DNA of 64,000 nucleotides from NCBI GenBank assembly GCA_003599505.1, contig QZKO01000053.1, positions 3,378 to 67,377 of the forward strand, in the 5' to 3' direction. Shown here piece by piece: positions 27,871-36,874 of this stretch (its first letter is position 1; each line of letters opens with the position of its first letter). The translations under genes and the position numbers were made by a program. Source of the stretch: Nitrospiraceae bacterium. Its GTDB lineage: Bacteria; Nitrospirota; Thermodesulfovibrionia; UBA6902. The notes under the pieces were generated by a model, which ran no database searches, had not been told where the DNA came from, and saw nothing but the letters and a program-made list of their open reading frames with translations.

Positions 27871-29790
27871 CTACTTGCGCTTCACTAAATTAAGCAGCCC
27901 GCCGGCAAGGATAATCTGTCTCTGTCTTTCAGACAGGCCGTGTTCAGCCTTATAGGTCACACCTGTGTTCACATCCCTGAACATGACCCCGGGAGATTCC
28001 CTTACGTCTTTCGCGAGAGAAGGGAATTCCATTTCAGCGTCCTGCTGCAGTGCGTCATAAACATCCGCGGGGACTGTAAGGGGAAGGATACCGAAGTTTA
28101 TCAGGTTGTCCCTGTGGATACGGGCGAATGATTTTGCCAGGACAATCTTGATACCAAGATACATCGGCGCAATCGCGGCATGCTCCCTGCTTGAGCCCTG
28201 CCCGTAATTGTTCCCTCCCACAACTACACCGCCGCCTGCGCTCTTCGCCCTTGACGGAAATGAAGGATCAAGCTTTGAAAACACATACTCCGATATGGCG
28301 GGGATGTTCGATCTCAGGGGAAGAATCTTTGCGCCCGCGGGCATGATGTCGTCGGTGGTGACATTGTCTCCTACTTTCAGAATTATCTTTGCCGTCAGTG
28401 ATTCCTCAAGCGCGCCCCTGACCGGCAGGGGTTTGATATTGGGTCCTCTCTCAACAACCACCTTATCGGATTTCTTTAAAGGCGGGACAATCATTGAGTC
28501 ATCAACTGTGAATTTTTCAGGCAGCGCGACCCTTGCCCCCTGACCCTTGACCCAGTTTTTGGGGTCCGTTATCTTGCCTGTAATAGCGGAAACCGCCGCT
28601 GTTAAAGGACTGCACAGGTAAACTTTGTCATTTGCCGTGCCGCTTCTTCCGGGGAAGTTCCTGTTGAACGTCCTGAGTGAAACAGCTCCCGTGGGCGGGG
28701 CCTGTCCCATGCCGATGCAGGGGCCGCAGGCCGGTTCAAGCACCCTTGCGCCGGCGGAGATAATGTCTGCCAGCGCGCTGTCCTTTGTAATCATATGCAG
28801 CGCCTGCCGTGAACCGGGGCTTATCGTGAGGCTGACATCAGGGTGGACTTTGTGTTTTTTAAGTATCTTTGCCGCAAGTATCAGGTCCGCGTACGATGAA
28901 TTGACGCAGCTCCCGATGCACACCTGTTTTACCGGCATACCTTCAACTTCTTTCACCCTCTTTACGTTATCAGGGCTTGAAGGGGCCGCAATCAGCGGTT
29001 CAAGTTTATCAAGTTCAATAATAACCTCTTCGTCATATCCTGCATCAGCATCTGCTTTGAGCTCTGTCCAGTCCGCCAGGCGCTTCTGCGCTTTCAGGAA
29101 AGCCCTGGTCTGTTCATCCGAGGGGAATACCGATGACGTCGCGCCGAGCTCGGCCCCCATATTGGTTATCGTCGCCCTTTCAGGCACTGTGAGGTTTTTT
29201 AATCCGTTGCCGCCGTACTCCATGATTTTCCCGACCCCGCCCTTTACAGTCAGGCGTCTGAGGACTTCAAGGATGATATCTTTCGCGGTAACGCCGTTTC
29301 TGAGCTTGCCGGTCAGTTTCACATGGACGACCTTCGGCATGACAAGATAAAACGGCTCTCCAGCCATAGCGAGCGCAACGTTCAAGCCTCCCGCGCCGAT
29401 GGCCAGCATGCCGGCAGCGCCCGCGTTCGGCGTATGGCTGTCCGAACCGAGCAGGGTCTGCCCCGGTTTCGCGAACCGTTCAAGGTGCACCTGATGGCAG
29501 ATACCGTTGCCGGGTCTTGAAAAATAAATACCGTATTTGGCTGCTATGGTCTGGAGGAACCTGTGGTCATCTGCGTTCTCAAAACCGGTCTGAAGAGTAT
29601 TGTGGTCAATATAACTGACAGACAACTTTGTCCTGACTTCCGGTATCCCCATAGCTTCAAATTCAAGATAAGCCATCGTGCCGGTTGCGTCCTGCGTCAA
29701 AGTCTGGTCAATGGATATGGCTATCTCCTCACCGGGTCTCAGGTTTCCCGATACAAGATGTGTTGAAATCAGCTTCTGCGCAACGTTCAT
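27871..29790 (-). CDS. Aconitase-family hydratase (639 aa)
   Basis: Aconitase-family sequence throughout, including SDSHTPN..GxGG-like segments. Confidence 0.65.
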   Translation of the reverse strand: MNVAQKLISTHLVSGNLRPGEEIAISIDQTLTQDATGTMAYLEFEAMGIPEVRTKLSVSYIDHNTLQTGFENADDHRFLQTIAAKYGIYFSRPGNGICHQVHLERFAKPGQTLLGSDSHTPNAGAAGMLAIGAGGLNVALAMAGEPFYLVMPKVVHVKLTGKLRNGVTAKDIILEVLRRLTVKGGVGKIMEYGGNGLKNLTVPERATITNMGAELGATSSVFPSDEQTRAFLKAQKRLADWTELKADADAGYDEEVIIELDKLEPLIAAPSSPDNVKRVKEVEGMPVKQVCIGSCVNSSYADLILAAKILKKHKVHPDVSLTISPGSRQALHMITKDSALADIISAGARVLEPACGPCIGMGQAPPTGAVSLRTFNRNFPGRSGTANDKVYLCSPLTAAVSAITGKITDPKNWVKGQGARVALPEKFTVDDSMIVPPLKKSDKVVVERGPNIKPLPVRGALEESLTAKIILKVGDNVTTDDIMPAGAKILPLRSNIPAISEYVFSKLDPSFPSRAKSAGGGVVVGGNNYGQGSSREHAAIAPMYLGIKIVLAKSFARIHRDNLINFGILPLTVPADVYDALQQDAEMEFPSLAKDVRESPGVMFRDVNTGVTYKAEHGLSERQRQIILAGGLLNLVKRK

Positions 29791-29821
29791 TTGCTCAGCT
29801 CCTTTGGGGTTTTCGTTGTTT

Positions 29822-30433
29822 CTATTTCTCCAGGACCTTCACCTTCATCTCGATCCTTTCATTCGGGTTGTCCCGCGCGTCTCTCGGCTGACTGACTATT
29901 TTGTCCGCGGCATCCATCCCGGAAACTACTTCACCGAATACCGTGTATTGTTTATCCAGGAACGGCGCGTCTGCCACGCAAATAAAGAACTGTGAGCCGG
30001 CGCTGTCGGGATGCCCCGACCGCGCCATCGAGAGCGTTCCCCTTTTGTGAGGTTTATTATTAAACTCCGCTTTCAGTGAATGCCCGGGCCCGCCCATGCC
30101 GTGTTTTGACCTGTCGGGGTCTTTTGAATTGGGGTCCCCCCCCTGTATCATGAAGCCCGGGATCACCCTGTGGAAGGTGGTCCCGTCGTAGAACCCTTTT
30201 TTAGCAAGATCAATAAAGTTATTTACGTGATTAGCCGCGACCTCGGGAAAGAACTTCAACTCGATATTCCCGAACTTTGTTTCGATTACCGCTTTTGTTT
30301 CAGCCATTTTCTTTATCTCCTCTTTTGAATAAATTTTGTTTTTCGGTCCTTCCGGATACGCGTAAACGGCAAAGTATAACACGATAACGGACATAATGCA
30401 GATTCTGAAAAATCTCATGCCGGCCTCCTTCAA
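29822..30433 (-). CDS. ppi: Cyclophilin-type peptidyl-prolyl isomerase, secreted
   Basis: FHRVIPGFMIQGGDP, plus a signal peptide. Confidence 0.85.
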   Translation of the reverse strand: MKEAGMRFFRICIMSVIVLYFAVYAYPEGPKNKIYSKEEIKKMAETKAVIETKFGNIELKFFPEVAANHVNNFIDLAKKGFYDGTTFHRVIPGFMIQGGDPNSKDPDRSKHGMGGPGHSLKAEFNNKPHKRGTLSMARSGHPDSAGSQFFICVADAPFLDKQYTVFGEVVSGMDAADKIVSQPRDARDNPNERIEMKVKVLEK

Positions 30434-30597
30434 ATAAATTTCATAATTGCCTGGTAGGCTTAATTATAACAAACAGCCTGAAAGGATTAAACAGGGTAAT
30501 AGAGATTGGATACTATGTTGACATTCTCTGCCGCCATATTATTTAATATACCCCACATCTCTCTCGTTAAAAAACAATCAAAAAAGGAGGACACAAA

Positions 30598-31551
30598 ATG
30601 TTTCACAATTTGGAGAGGAACAAAACGGTCGGCAGAAAAATTTTAACAACTTTATTCGCCTTATTATTATTCAGCCTGTTATTGGGCAGTCAAACGGTTT
30701 TTGCAGGCGCCCAGGCGGTTGTTGAAACCTCGTGGCTGGCGGAGAATTTAAAAAAACCCGGCATAAAAATAGTATATGTTGCAACAACAAACCAGAACGA
30801 TAAAGCGGCCTTTGACGGCAAACACATCCCCGGTTCCGTATATCTTGATATACCTTCGTTAATGGGAGTTGTCGGGAGCGGCAATCCCCCTGATAAGGCA
30901 GGCTTCGAGGCGCTTATGGGCAAGCTCGGGGTCAGCAATAGTAATCATGTGATAATTTATACCGGATTCGGGGGGCATTCTTTCGGGGCCCCCTTTGCTG
31001 CCGGCACCTTCTGGCTGATGGATTATTTCGGCCATAACAACGTAAGTATCCTCAACGGCGGGATGAAAAAATGGGCTGATGAGAAACGTGAGACTACCTC
31101 CGATCCCGCAAAGATAACCCCGACTGCCTATAAGGCGGCGGCCCCGGACGCATCCATCTTCGCTGACGCTGATTATGTATTGAAGAATATCAAGAACCCC
31201 AAAGTAGCGCTGCTTGACACCCGGGCACATGATGAATACACCGGGGCCAATCCGCTGGGGAATAAGAGGGCCGGGCACATACCGGGCTCGGTAAACGTTG
31301 ATTATTATATAACCAATCTCAACCCGAATGAGACCTTTAAATCGGTCGGCGACCTTAAGGCCGCCTATGAATCAAAGGGTGTTACAAAGGACAAAGAAAT
31401 TATTTCATATTGCCAGGGAGGGATACGCGCCGCTCATTCCTACGTAGTGCTTAAATACCTGCTTGGTTATCCTAAAGTCAGGAACTATGTAGGCTCGATA
31501 GGCGAGTGGGCGAATAAACTCGATCCGGCAAAATACCCGCTGGAGAAGTAA
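30598..31551 (+). CDS. Two-domain rhodanese sulfurtransferase (TST/MST-like) with signal peptide
   Basis: Active-site loop CQGGIRAAHS. Confidence 0.75.
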   Translation: MFHNLERNKTVGRKILTTLFALLLFSLLLGSQTVFAGAQAVVETSWLAENLKKPGIKIVYVATTNQNDKAAFDGKHIPGSVYLDIPSLMGVVGSGNPPDKAGFEALMGKLGVSNSNHVIIYTGFGGHSFGAPFAAGTFWLMDYFGHNNVSILNGGMKKWADEKRETTSDPAKITPTAYKAAAPDASIFADADYVLKNIKNPKVALLDTRAHDEYTGANPLGNKRAGHIPGSVNVDYYITNLNPNETFKSVGDLKAAYESKGVTKDKEIISYCQGGIRAAHSYVVLKYLLGYPKVRNYVGSIGEWANKLDPAKYPLEK

Positions 31552-31560
31552 TAAGACAAA

Positions 31561-31590
31561 GGTTTCAAGGGTTCAGGGGTTCAAGGGGAA
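31561..31590. repeat. GGTTTCAAG GGTTCAGG GGTTCAAGG tandem repeat
   Basis: Direct reading. Same motif as at 17289. Confidence 0.6.
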
Positions 31591-31683
31591 AGCGGTTTCG
31601 CCGATCCATGAACCCCGAATCTTTCAGTTGATAGTTTATAACGCTTCATAAATTTGATGTTATTTACAAAGGGAGGTGAATAT

Positions 31684-31956
31684 ATGCAGAAAAAAATTGC
31701 AATTCTGGTCAGGGACAGGCAAGCTGAAGCCCTCAGGATGGGAGTAGGCGCGATGCTCGCGGACGATCTCATTACTGTTTTTGTGATGGACGGGAAAGTA
31801 GAGGAATCCGAAAACAACATGATGAACCTTGAGACGATGAACGATATGGACATCAAGACTTACACGAACTGCAAGGAGAACTCGAACATCGAGTATCTCT
31901 CTACGGAAGAGATAGCGCAAAAGCTCCTTGAATTCGATAACATATTGCCCTATTAG
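31684..31956 (+). CDS. Small DsrE/DsrF-like family protein
   Basis: MQKKIAILVRDRQ...VFVMDGKV resembles the TusC/DsrF N-terminus. Start placed at the Met that follows the RBS. Confidence 0.3.
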   Translation: MQKKIAILVRDRQAEALRMGVGAMLADDLITVFVMDGKVEESENNMMNLETMNDMDIKTYTNCKENSNIEYLSTEEIAQKLLEFDNILPY

Positions 31957-31983
31957 GATAATAAATCAAAGGAGGCGAAGGGA

Positions 31984-32154
31984 ATGAATATCCTGTATAT
32001 ATTAAGACAGAAGAATCCCGACGACACTGTCAAAAAAATTATTGAAGTGCATAAAAAAACAAATAAGGTGACGATCGTAAATATCAATGAAAATAAAAAC
32101 TACGGCGAGATTGTGGATCTGATAGCTTCAAACGACAGGGTTATATCCTGGTAG
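31984..32154 (+). CDS. Small DsrH/TusB-like protein (56 aa)
   Basis: KVTIVNINENKNYGEIVDLIASNDRVISW resembles the TusB C-terminal half. It falls below the ORF-track length cutoff. Confidence 0.3.
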   Translation: MNILYILRQKNPDDTVKKIIEVHKKTNKVTIVNINENKNYGEIVDLIASNDRVISW

Positions 32155-32197
32155 ATGGACAATCCGTATCCTCAAACCTGAAAGGAGATTATCAATA

Positions 32198-32500
32198 ATG
32201 AAACTGGGCATTCTTGTTAATACAGATAAACACCCCGATGATGTCATCGGGATTACCAAAGCCGCTTTGTCAAAAGGGCATACTGTCACTCTCTTCCATA
32301 TGGATAACGGCACAAAACTTCTGGGCCAACCCGCTTTTGCCGCGCTGTGTTCAACTGAAGGCGTAGCAATGAGTTTCTGCGACCACAGCGCGAAAGGGCT
32401 TAATGTCGCCACTGAAGGTCTCCCGGCCGATATTGTATGCGGGAGCCAGTTCGACAACGCCAACATGAACCATGACTGCGATAAAGTAATTGTGCTTTAA
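32198..32500 (+). CDS. DsrE/TusD-like protein
   Basis: MKLGILVNTDKHPDD...GHTVTLFHMDNG...SFCDHSAKG. Confidence 0.45.
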   Translation: MKLGILVNTDKHPDDVIGITKAALSKGHTVTLFHMDNGTKLLGQPAFAALCSTEGVAMSFCDHSAKGLNVATEGLPADIVCGSQFDNANMNHDCDKVIVL

Positions 32501-32825
32501 TTTTTGGGGGGTCAGGTTTAAAACCTGACCCTGCCGGTTCTCCCCCACCCTCTTGTAAAAAATCAACATCGTGTGCATAATAATATTTGTTGTTACCCTC
32601 TGATTCAAAATAACGCGCTTTGATCTCAATGCACAGAACCGGGGAACCTCTGATAAAGAGACATAATCGATTGATTAATTTTTTTTATTGGACTATCAGT
32701 CGGGCATATAGTAATATTTCAAATCTGAATTTTCTGTTAACAAAGAAACATTCATTAACACAATTAACACGACAAGCAACCTTTCCCAACCGAAATTATT
32801 ATAAATAAAAGGAGGTCCCTACACT

Positions 32826-34253
32826 GTGGAAGAAAACGGAACAAAAAACAAAATGTGGGCTTTGCTCATCACAGGCGCTTTGATACTCATCAGTTTTATG
32901 TATTATAAGACGAATGTCTTTTATATGTATCTGATTGCGTACATCTGGTTCGGATTCGCATACGGGATGATGCTGCAATACGGAAGATTCTGCTTTGCCT
33001 CTGCATCGAGAGACCTTTTTGCCGCGGGCGTTCCGAGAATGGCAGTGGGCATCCTTGTAGCCCTTATGTTCTTCAGCCTTATCCAGGCGACTCTTGCTTC
33101 AACCAATATGAGCACATTCCATCCCGCTCCTTTCGGGATTCACACCCTGATAGCAGGCATGATCTTCGGTGTAGGCATGGTCCTTTCAGGAGGCTGCGCG
33201 TCGGGTTCGCTTTATAAGATCGGCGAGGGGAACATGACGTCTTTCCTGGCCGCATTCTTCGGACTCTGCATCGGTCAGGCTGTATTCGTGGACGTAAAGT
33301 GGTTCGATTTTCTGATGCCCCAGAAGTGGGTGGCTGCCGCAGCCGCAAAAGGACTTCCCGCGGATAAAATGACCTCTTCTTTTGATACATACCTTGCAGG
33401 GTACGTCTGGGACCAGCCGACGGTCCGGATGTCAGACCTGCCGGCGATCAAGGAGGCCCTGCCCGGCGCATCCAAATATTTCATTGGCGACGCGCTTCTG
33501 ACAGCCCTTATCCCGGCGGTAATACTTCTTATCGTAATCTATGCCTTTTATATAAGAAAAGGTTTTCTTAAGAAACGCGCAAAGCAAAAAGGCGGCGCAG
33601 CCACCGGCTTTGGCGATGATGTCGCAGGCATCTGGAATATGGTAACCGCTTCCCAGAGAACAACGATTATGGGTGTTTTAATCGGTATCGTTGCAGGACT
33701 CCATATATTTGTTATGAAAGGAATGCAGAACAGGTTTGCCGTTGACAATTTCGGAAGGCTTCTCACAAGAATGGGGTTTACGGGAGATGTTTCAACAAGT
33801 GGAAAAGTTTTTGACCCGGGATACTGGTATATCACAAGCCAGGAAGGTCAGTTCGGGGCATGGATCCTGGAAAAATTCGGCTGGAATATGCATGACAACA
33901 TATTTTTTGGCGTCAATAACGGTCTGCCGGAACCATGGCGCAATCCGGCGCTCTGGATGTCCTTCGGTATTATCTTTGGAGCAATGGTAATGGCACGGCT
34001 AAGCAATGAATATAAATTTAAAATGCCCAAGGGCGAGCTTATCGTATGGGGACTTATGGGTGGGTTGCTGATGGGTTTTGGTTCAAGGCCCGCCCTTGGC
34101 TGCAACATCGGAGCTTTCTTTATAAGAGTTGCGGGCGGCGACCCGAGCGGCTGGTTATATGGCGTCGGCATGGTCGGCGGCGCTTTCATCGGCGTAAAAT
34201 TCTTCAACTGGTGGTCTGAGAGGAAAATGGCAAAGGAAATGGAAGCTTTCTAA
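32826..34253 (+). CDS. YeeE/YedE-family thiosulfate/sulfur transporter (GTG start)
   Basis: Two repeat halves carrying GMVLSGGCASGSLYK and ALGCNIGAFF. Confidence 0.75.
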   Translation: MEENGTKNKMWALLITGALILISFMYYKTNVFYMYLIAYIWFGFAYGMMLQYGRFCFASASRDLFAAGVPRMAVGILVALMFFSLIQATLASTNMSTFHPAPFGIHTLIAGMIFGVGMVLSGGCASGSLYKIGEGNMTSFLAAFFGLCIGQAVFVDVKWFDFLMPQKWVAAAAAKGLPADKMTSSFDTYLAGYVWDQPTVRMSDLPAIKEALPGASKYFIGDALLTALIPAVILLIVIYAFYIRKGFLKKRAKQKGGAATGFGDDVAGIWNMVTASQRTTIMGVLIGIVAGLHIFVMKGMQNRFAVDNFGRLLTRMGFTGDVSTSGKVFDPGYWYITSQEGQFGAWILEKFGWNMHDNIFFGVNNGLPEPWRNPALWMSFGIIFGAMVMARLSNEYKFKMPKGELIVWGLMGGLLMGFGSRPALGCNIGAFFIRVAGGDPSGWLYGVGMVGGAFIGVKFFNWWSERKMAKEMEAF

Positions 34254-34305
34254 AACAGAGAGCCATATGATAATCAATTTAAGTTAAAAAGGAGGAAGTA
34301 AAGTC

Positions 34306-34557
34306 ATGGCAATGAAATTTGAAAAAACAGGAGAAGGTACTTATATGCTCGATGTTTGTGGATACGTTTGTCCGCATCCGCAGATATATTGCAAGAAGTC
34401 ACTTGAAAAAATGAGTGAAGGAGATGTTGTCGAGGTAATACTCGATAACCCGTCATCCGTTGAAACGATAATACAGATGTGCGATCAGGTCGGACATGAT
34501 GTTACGGACAGGAAAACAGAGGGCGGCAAAATCCACATGAAGATTAAAAAGGGATAG
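34306..34557 (+). CDS. tusA: TusA-family sulfurtransferase
   Basis: CGYVCPHP (CPxP) motif. Confidence 0.85.
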   Translation: MAMKFEKTGEGTYMLDVCGYVCPHPQIYCKKSLEKMSEGDVVEVILDNPSSVETIIQMCDQVGHDVTDRKTEGGKIHMKIKKG

Positions 34558-34590
34558 GTTCAATCTGAAAGATTAGGAGGCTACTTAATT

Positions 34591-34875
34591 ATGAAAATAG
34601 TAATTATTGTAATTGTTGTGGCTATTCTGGGTTTACTCCTGGTTTACAGCCAACAGCATGATATGCCTGCGCAGACAGTCGGTCATCCTGCGGCAGGCGG
34701 CTACGGCGCTGCTCCTGCGGCAGGCGGCTATGGTTCCGCCCCGTCAGGTGGTTATGGGCACGCGCCCGCGGGCGGTTATGGAGCGCCCGCTGTCGGCGGA
34801 TACGGCGCGCCTTCAGGCGGGTATGGAGCGCCTTCAGGCGGGTATGGAGCGCCGTCAGGCGGTTACGGACATTAA
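34591..34875 (+). CDS. Small TM-anchored Gly/Tyr-rich repeat protein (GGYGAPS x8)
   Basis: N-terminal TM helix followed by 21-bp tandem DNA repeats. Confidence 0.45.
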   Translation: MKIVIIVIVVAILGLLLVYSQQHDMPAQTVGHPAAGGYGAAPAAGGYGSAPSGGYGHAPAGGYGAPAVGGYGAPSGGYGAPSGGYGAPSGGYGH

Positions 34876-34910
34876 ATTAAGTCATCTGTTAACCTTAAAA
34901 ACAGACAGGT

Positions 34911-35381
34911 GTGAAAATGAAAAAAATACTTATTGCAGTAGATGACACAAAAGGCAGTAAAACGGCATTTGAAGCTGCATGCAATATGGTTTCCTGTATG
35001 CGTCCCGAGGCGACGATTTTGTGCTATGTGGAAAAACTCGAAGGCAGGTCTTTGATGGATGATACCCTTATGAGTGTTTCCGAGATGTCTACCTTGAAAA
35101 AAGCGCTTGAGGGAACGGAATATCAGGAGGCGCTGGATAAAAAGGCGCAGGCAATTACGGGCTATTACAAAAAGACACTGGAGGACAAGGGTATAACCGG
35201 TGTAAAAACCGTAATAAGAAAAGGTCATCCTGCCGAGGAGATCCTCGAATCCGCCAAAGAAGAAGGCGCGGAGATGATCGTGATAGGTTCAAGAGGCAAA
35301 AGGGTATCCCATTTATTCATGGGAAGCGTCAGCAGGGAAGTTGCGAACAGCGCTACTGTCCCTGTCTTGCTTGTTAAATAA
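34911..35381 (+). CDS. Universal stress protein
   Basis: ILIAVDDT...IVIGSRGK...VPVLLVK. Confidence 0.8.
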   Translation: MKMKKILIAVDDTKGSKTAFEAACNMVSCMRPEATILCYVEKLEGRSLMDDTLMSVSEMSTLKKALEGTEYQEALDKKAQAITGYYKKTLEDKGITGVKTVIRKGHPAEEILESAKEEGAEMIVIGSRGKRVSHLFMGSVSREVANSATVPVLLVK

Positions 35382-35455
35382 ACCGATTTCTTTCTGAAGC
35401 CCTGAGTTTTGACTGGAAAAAGAATGCCCTGCGGCCCTGCCGGAGGGTTTCTTTT

Positions 35456-36874
35456 TTGCCGCGTGAACGGTATAAAGTGAAAAATTTAAATGACAAAGGG
35501 ATTGTGGTGTTAGGCGGCGGACTCGCGGGTCTTTCTTCCGCCTTTACCCTGGCAAAAGCGGGACAGCCCGTCAAGGTTTTTGAAAGTGATTCCGGAGTAG
35601 GCGGGCTTTCAAAAACAATGCATTACGGCGACTTCAGATTTGACCTCGGCGGGCACAGGTTTCTCACAAGCAATGAACAAACCGAAAATTTTGTAAGGGA
35701 CCTGCTTGACGGTGAATACCTGACCGTGCCCCGCAAGAGCAAGATATTCATGAACAACAGGTTCTTCGACTATCCCCTCAAGCCCGCGAACGCCCTTCTG
35801 GGGCTCGGCATGCGCACAACGTTCAGGGCCCTTGCCGATTACGGCAGGGAAAAAATAAAAAATTCTTTCAGGCGGCCGGCGCATGTTTCCCTTGAGGACT
35901 GGGTGGTGGCCCATTTCGGCAGGACCATGTTCAACATTTACTTCAGGGAATACAGCGAGAAGGTTTGGGGGCTGGAATGCAAAAGCATCAGCGAAGAGTG
36001 GGTGTCAAAAAGGATAGAAGGGCTCTCCCTCGGAGTGGCGATAAAGAACGCGCTGTTTAAATTCAACGGTAAAAAGGTCCCCACGCTGATTGATAAATTC
36101 ATTTACCCCGCGCTGGGGATCGGGCGGATATCCGACAGACTGAAAGAAGAAATAGAAAAGGGCAACAGCGTGTCGACCAGCACGAGGGTAACGCGCATTG
36201 ATCATAAGGGCCCTTTCATCACAGGCATAGCGGCAAAAAATTGTGAAAGGGCTTACGACGTCAAAGGCCGCGAATTTATCTCCAGCATTCCTCTGACAAA
36301 CCTTGTAAAAATGCTCAGCCCCGCTCCACCCGGCGAAATTATCGAAGCCGCGTCAAGGCTGAGATACCGGGACCTTGTAATCGTTACGATACTGCTTGAT
36401 AAGGAAAGGGTGACGGACCTTACATGGCTCTATCTTCCGGAAAAAAATATGCCGCTGGGCAGGATCCATGAGCCGAAGAACTGGAGCCCGCGCATGGCGC
36501 CGGAGGGGAAGACCAGCGTTGTCGCCGAATACTTCTGTTTCAGGGAAGACCGCATATGGAATTCAACAGACGGAGAGCTCACGTCGATTACAGTAAGAGA
36601 GCTGGAGAAACTCGGTTTTATCAGGGAGAATGAAGTCCTTGACAGTTGCGTCGTCAGAGTGCCGAACGCGTATCCGGTATTTGAAGTCGGCTATAATGAG
36701 CATTATTCAGGGATTCTTAAATATCTTGAGAAATTCAAAAACCTCCACATAATCGGCAGAAGCGGCATGTTCAGATACTACAACATGGACCGCGCTATTG
36801 AGACCGGGATAGAAACGGCTGAAAATATAATTCAAAATTCAAAACTCAAAACTCAACGCCGGGATTCTTTATGA
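35456..36874 (+). CDS. FAD-dependent oxidoreductase (amine-oxidase / phytoene-desaturase-like)
   Basis: VVLGGGLAGLSSAF dinucleotide-binding motif. Confidence 0.6.
   Translation: MPRERYKVKNLNDKGIVVLGGGLAGLSSAFTLAKAGQPVKVFESDSGVGGLSKTMHYGDFRFDLGGHRFLTSNEQTENFVRDLLDGEYLTVPRKSKIFMNNRFFDYPLKPANALLGLGMRTTFRALADYGREKIKNSFRRPAHVSLEDWVVAHFGRTMFNIYFREYSEKVWGLECKSISEEWVSKRIEGLSLGVAIKNALFKFNGKKVPTLIDKFIYPALGIGRISDRLKEEIEKGNSVSTSTRVTRIDHKGPFITGIAAKNCERAYDVKGREFISSIPLTNLVKMLSPAPPGEIIEAASRLRYRDLVIVTILLDKERVTDLTWLYLPEKNMPLGRIHEPKNWSPRMAPEGKTSVVAEYFCFREDRIWNSTDGELTSITVRELEKLGFIRENEVLDSCVVRVPNAYPVFEVGYNEHYSGILKYLEKFKNLHIIGRSGMFRYYNMDRAIETGIETAENIIQNSKLKTQRRDSL
36830..36857. repeat. Heptad array ATTCAAA ATTCAAA ACTCAAA ACTCAAC
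   Basis: It encodes the C-terminal tail of the oxidoreductase, 14 nt before the next start codon. Confidence 0.65.

Noticed and set aside
28625-29350. 241-aa plus-strand ORF
   Set aside because: It is a shadow ORF antisense to the aconitase gene.
31581-31856. 91-aa minus-strand ORF
   Set aside because: It is antisense to the DsrE/F-like gene and overlaps the GGTTCAA repeat. No signal supports it.
34613-34945. 110-aa alternative-frame ORF over the GGYGAPS repeat gene
   Set aside because: It is a frame-shifted reading of the same tandem repeats, whereas the in-frame gene has an RBS and a TM helix.
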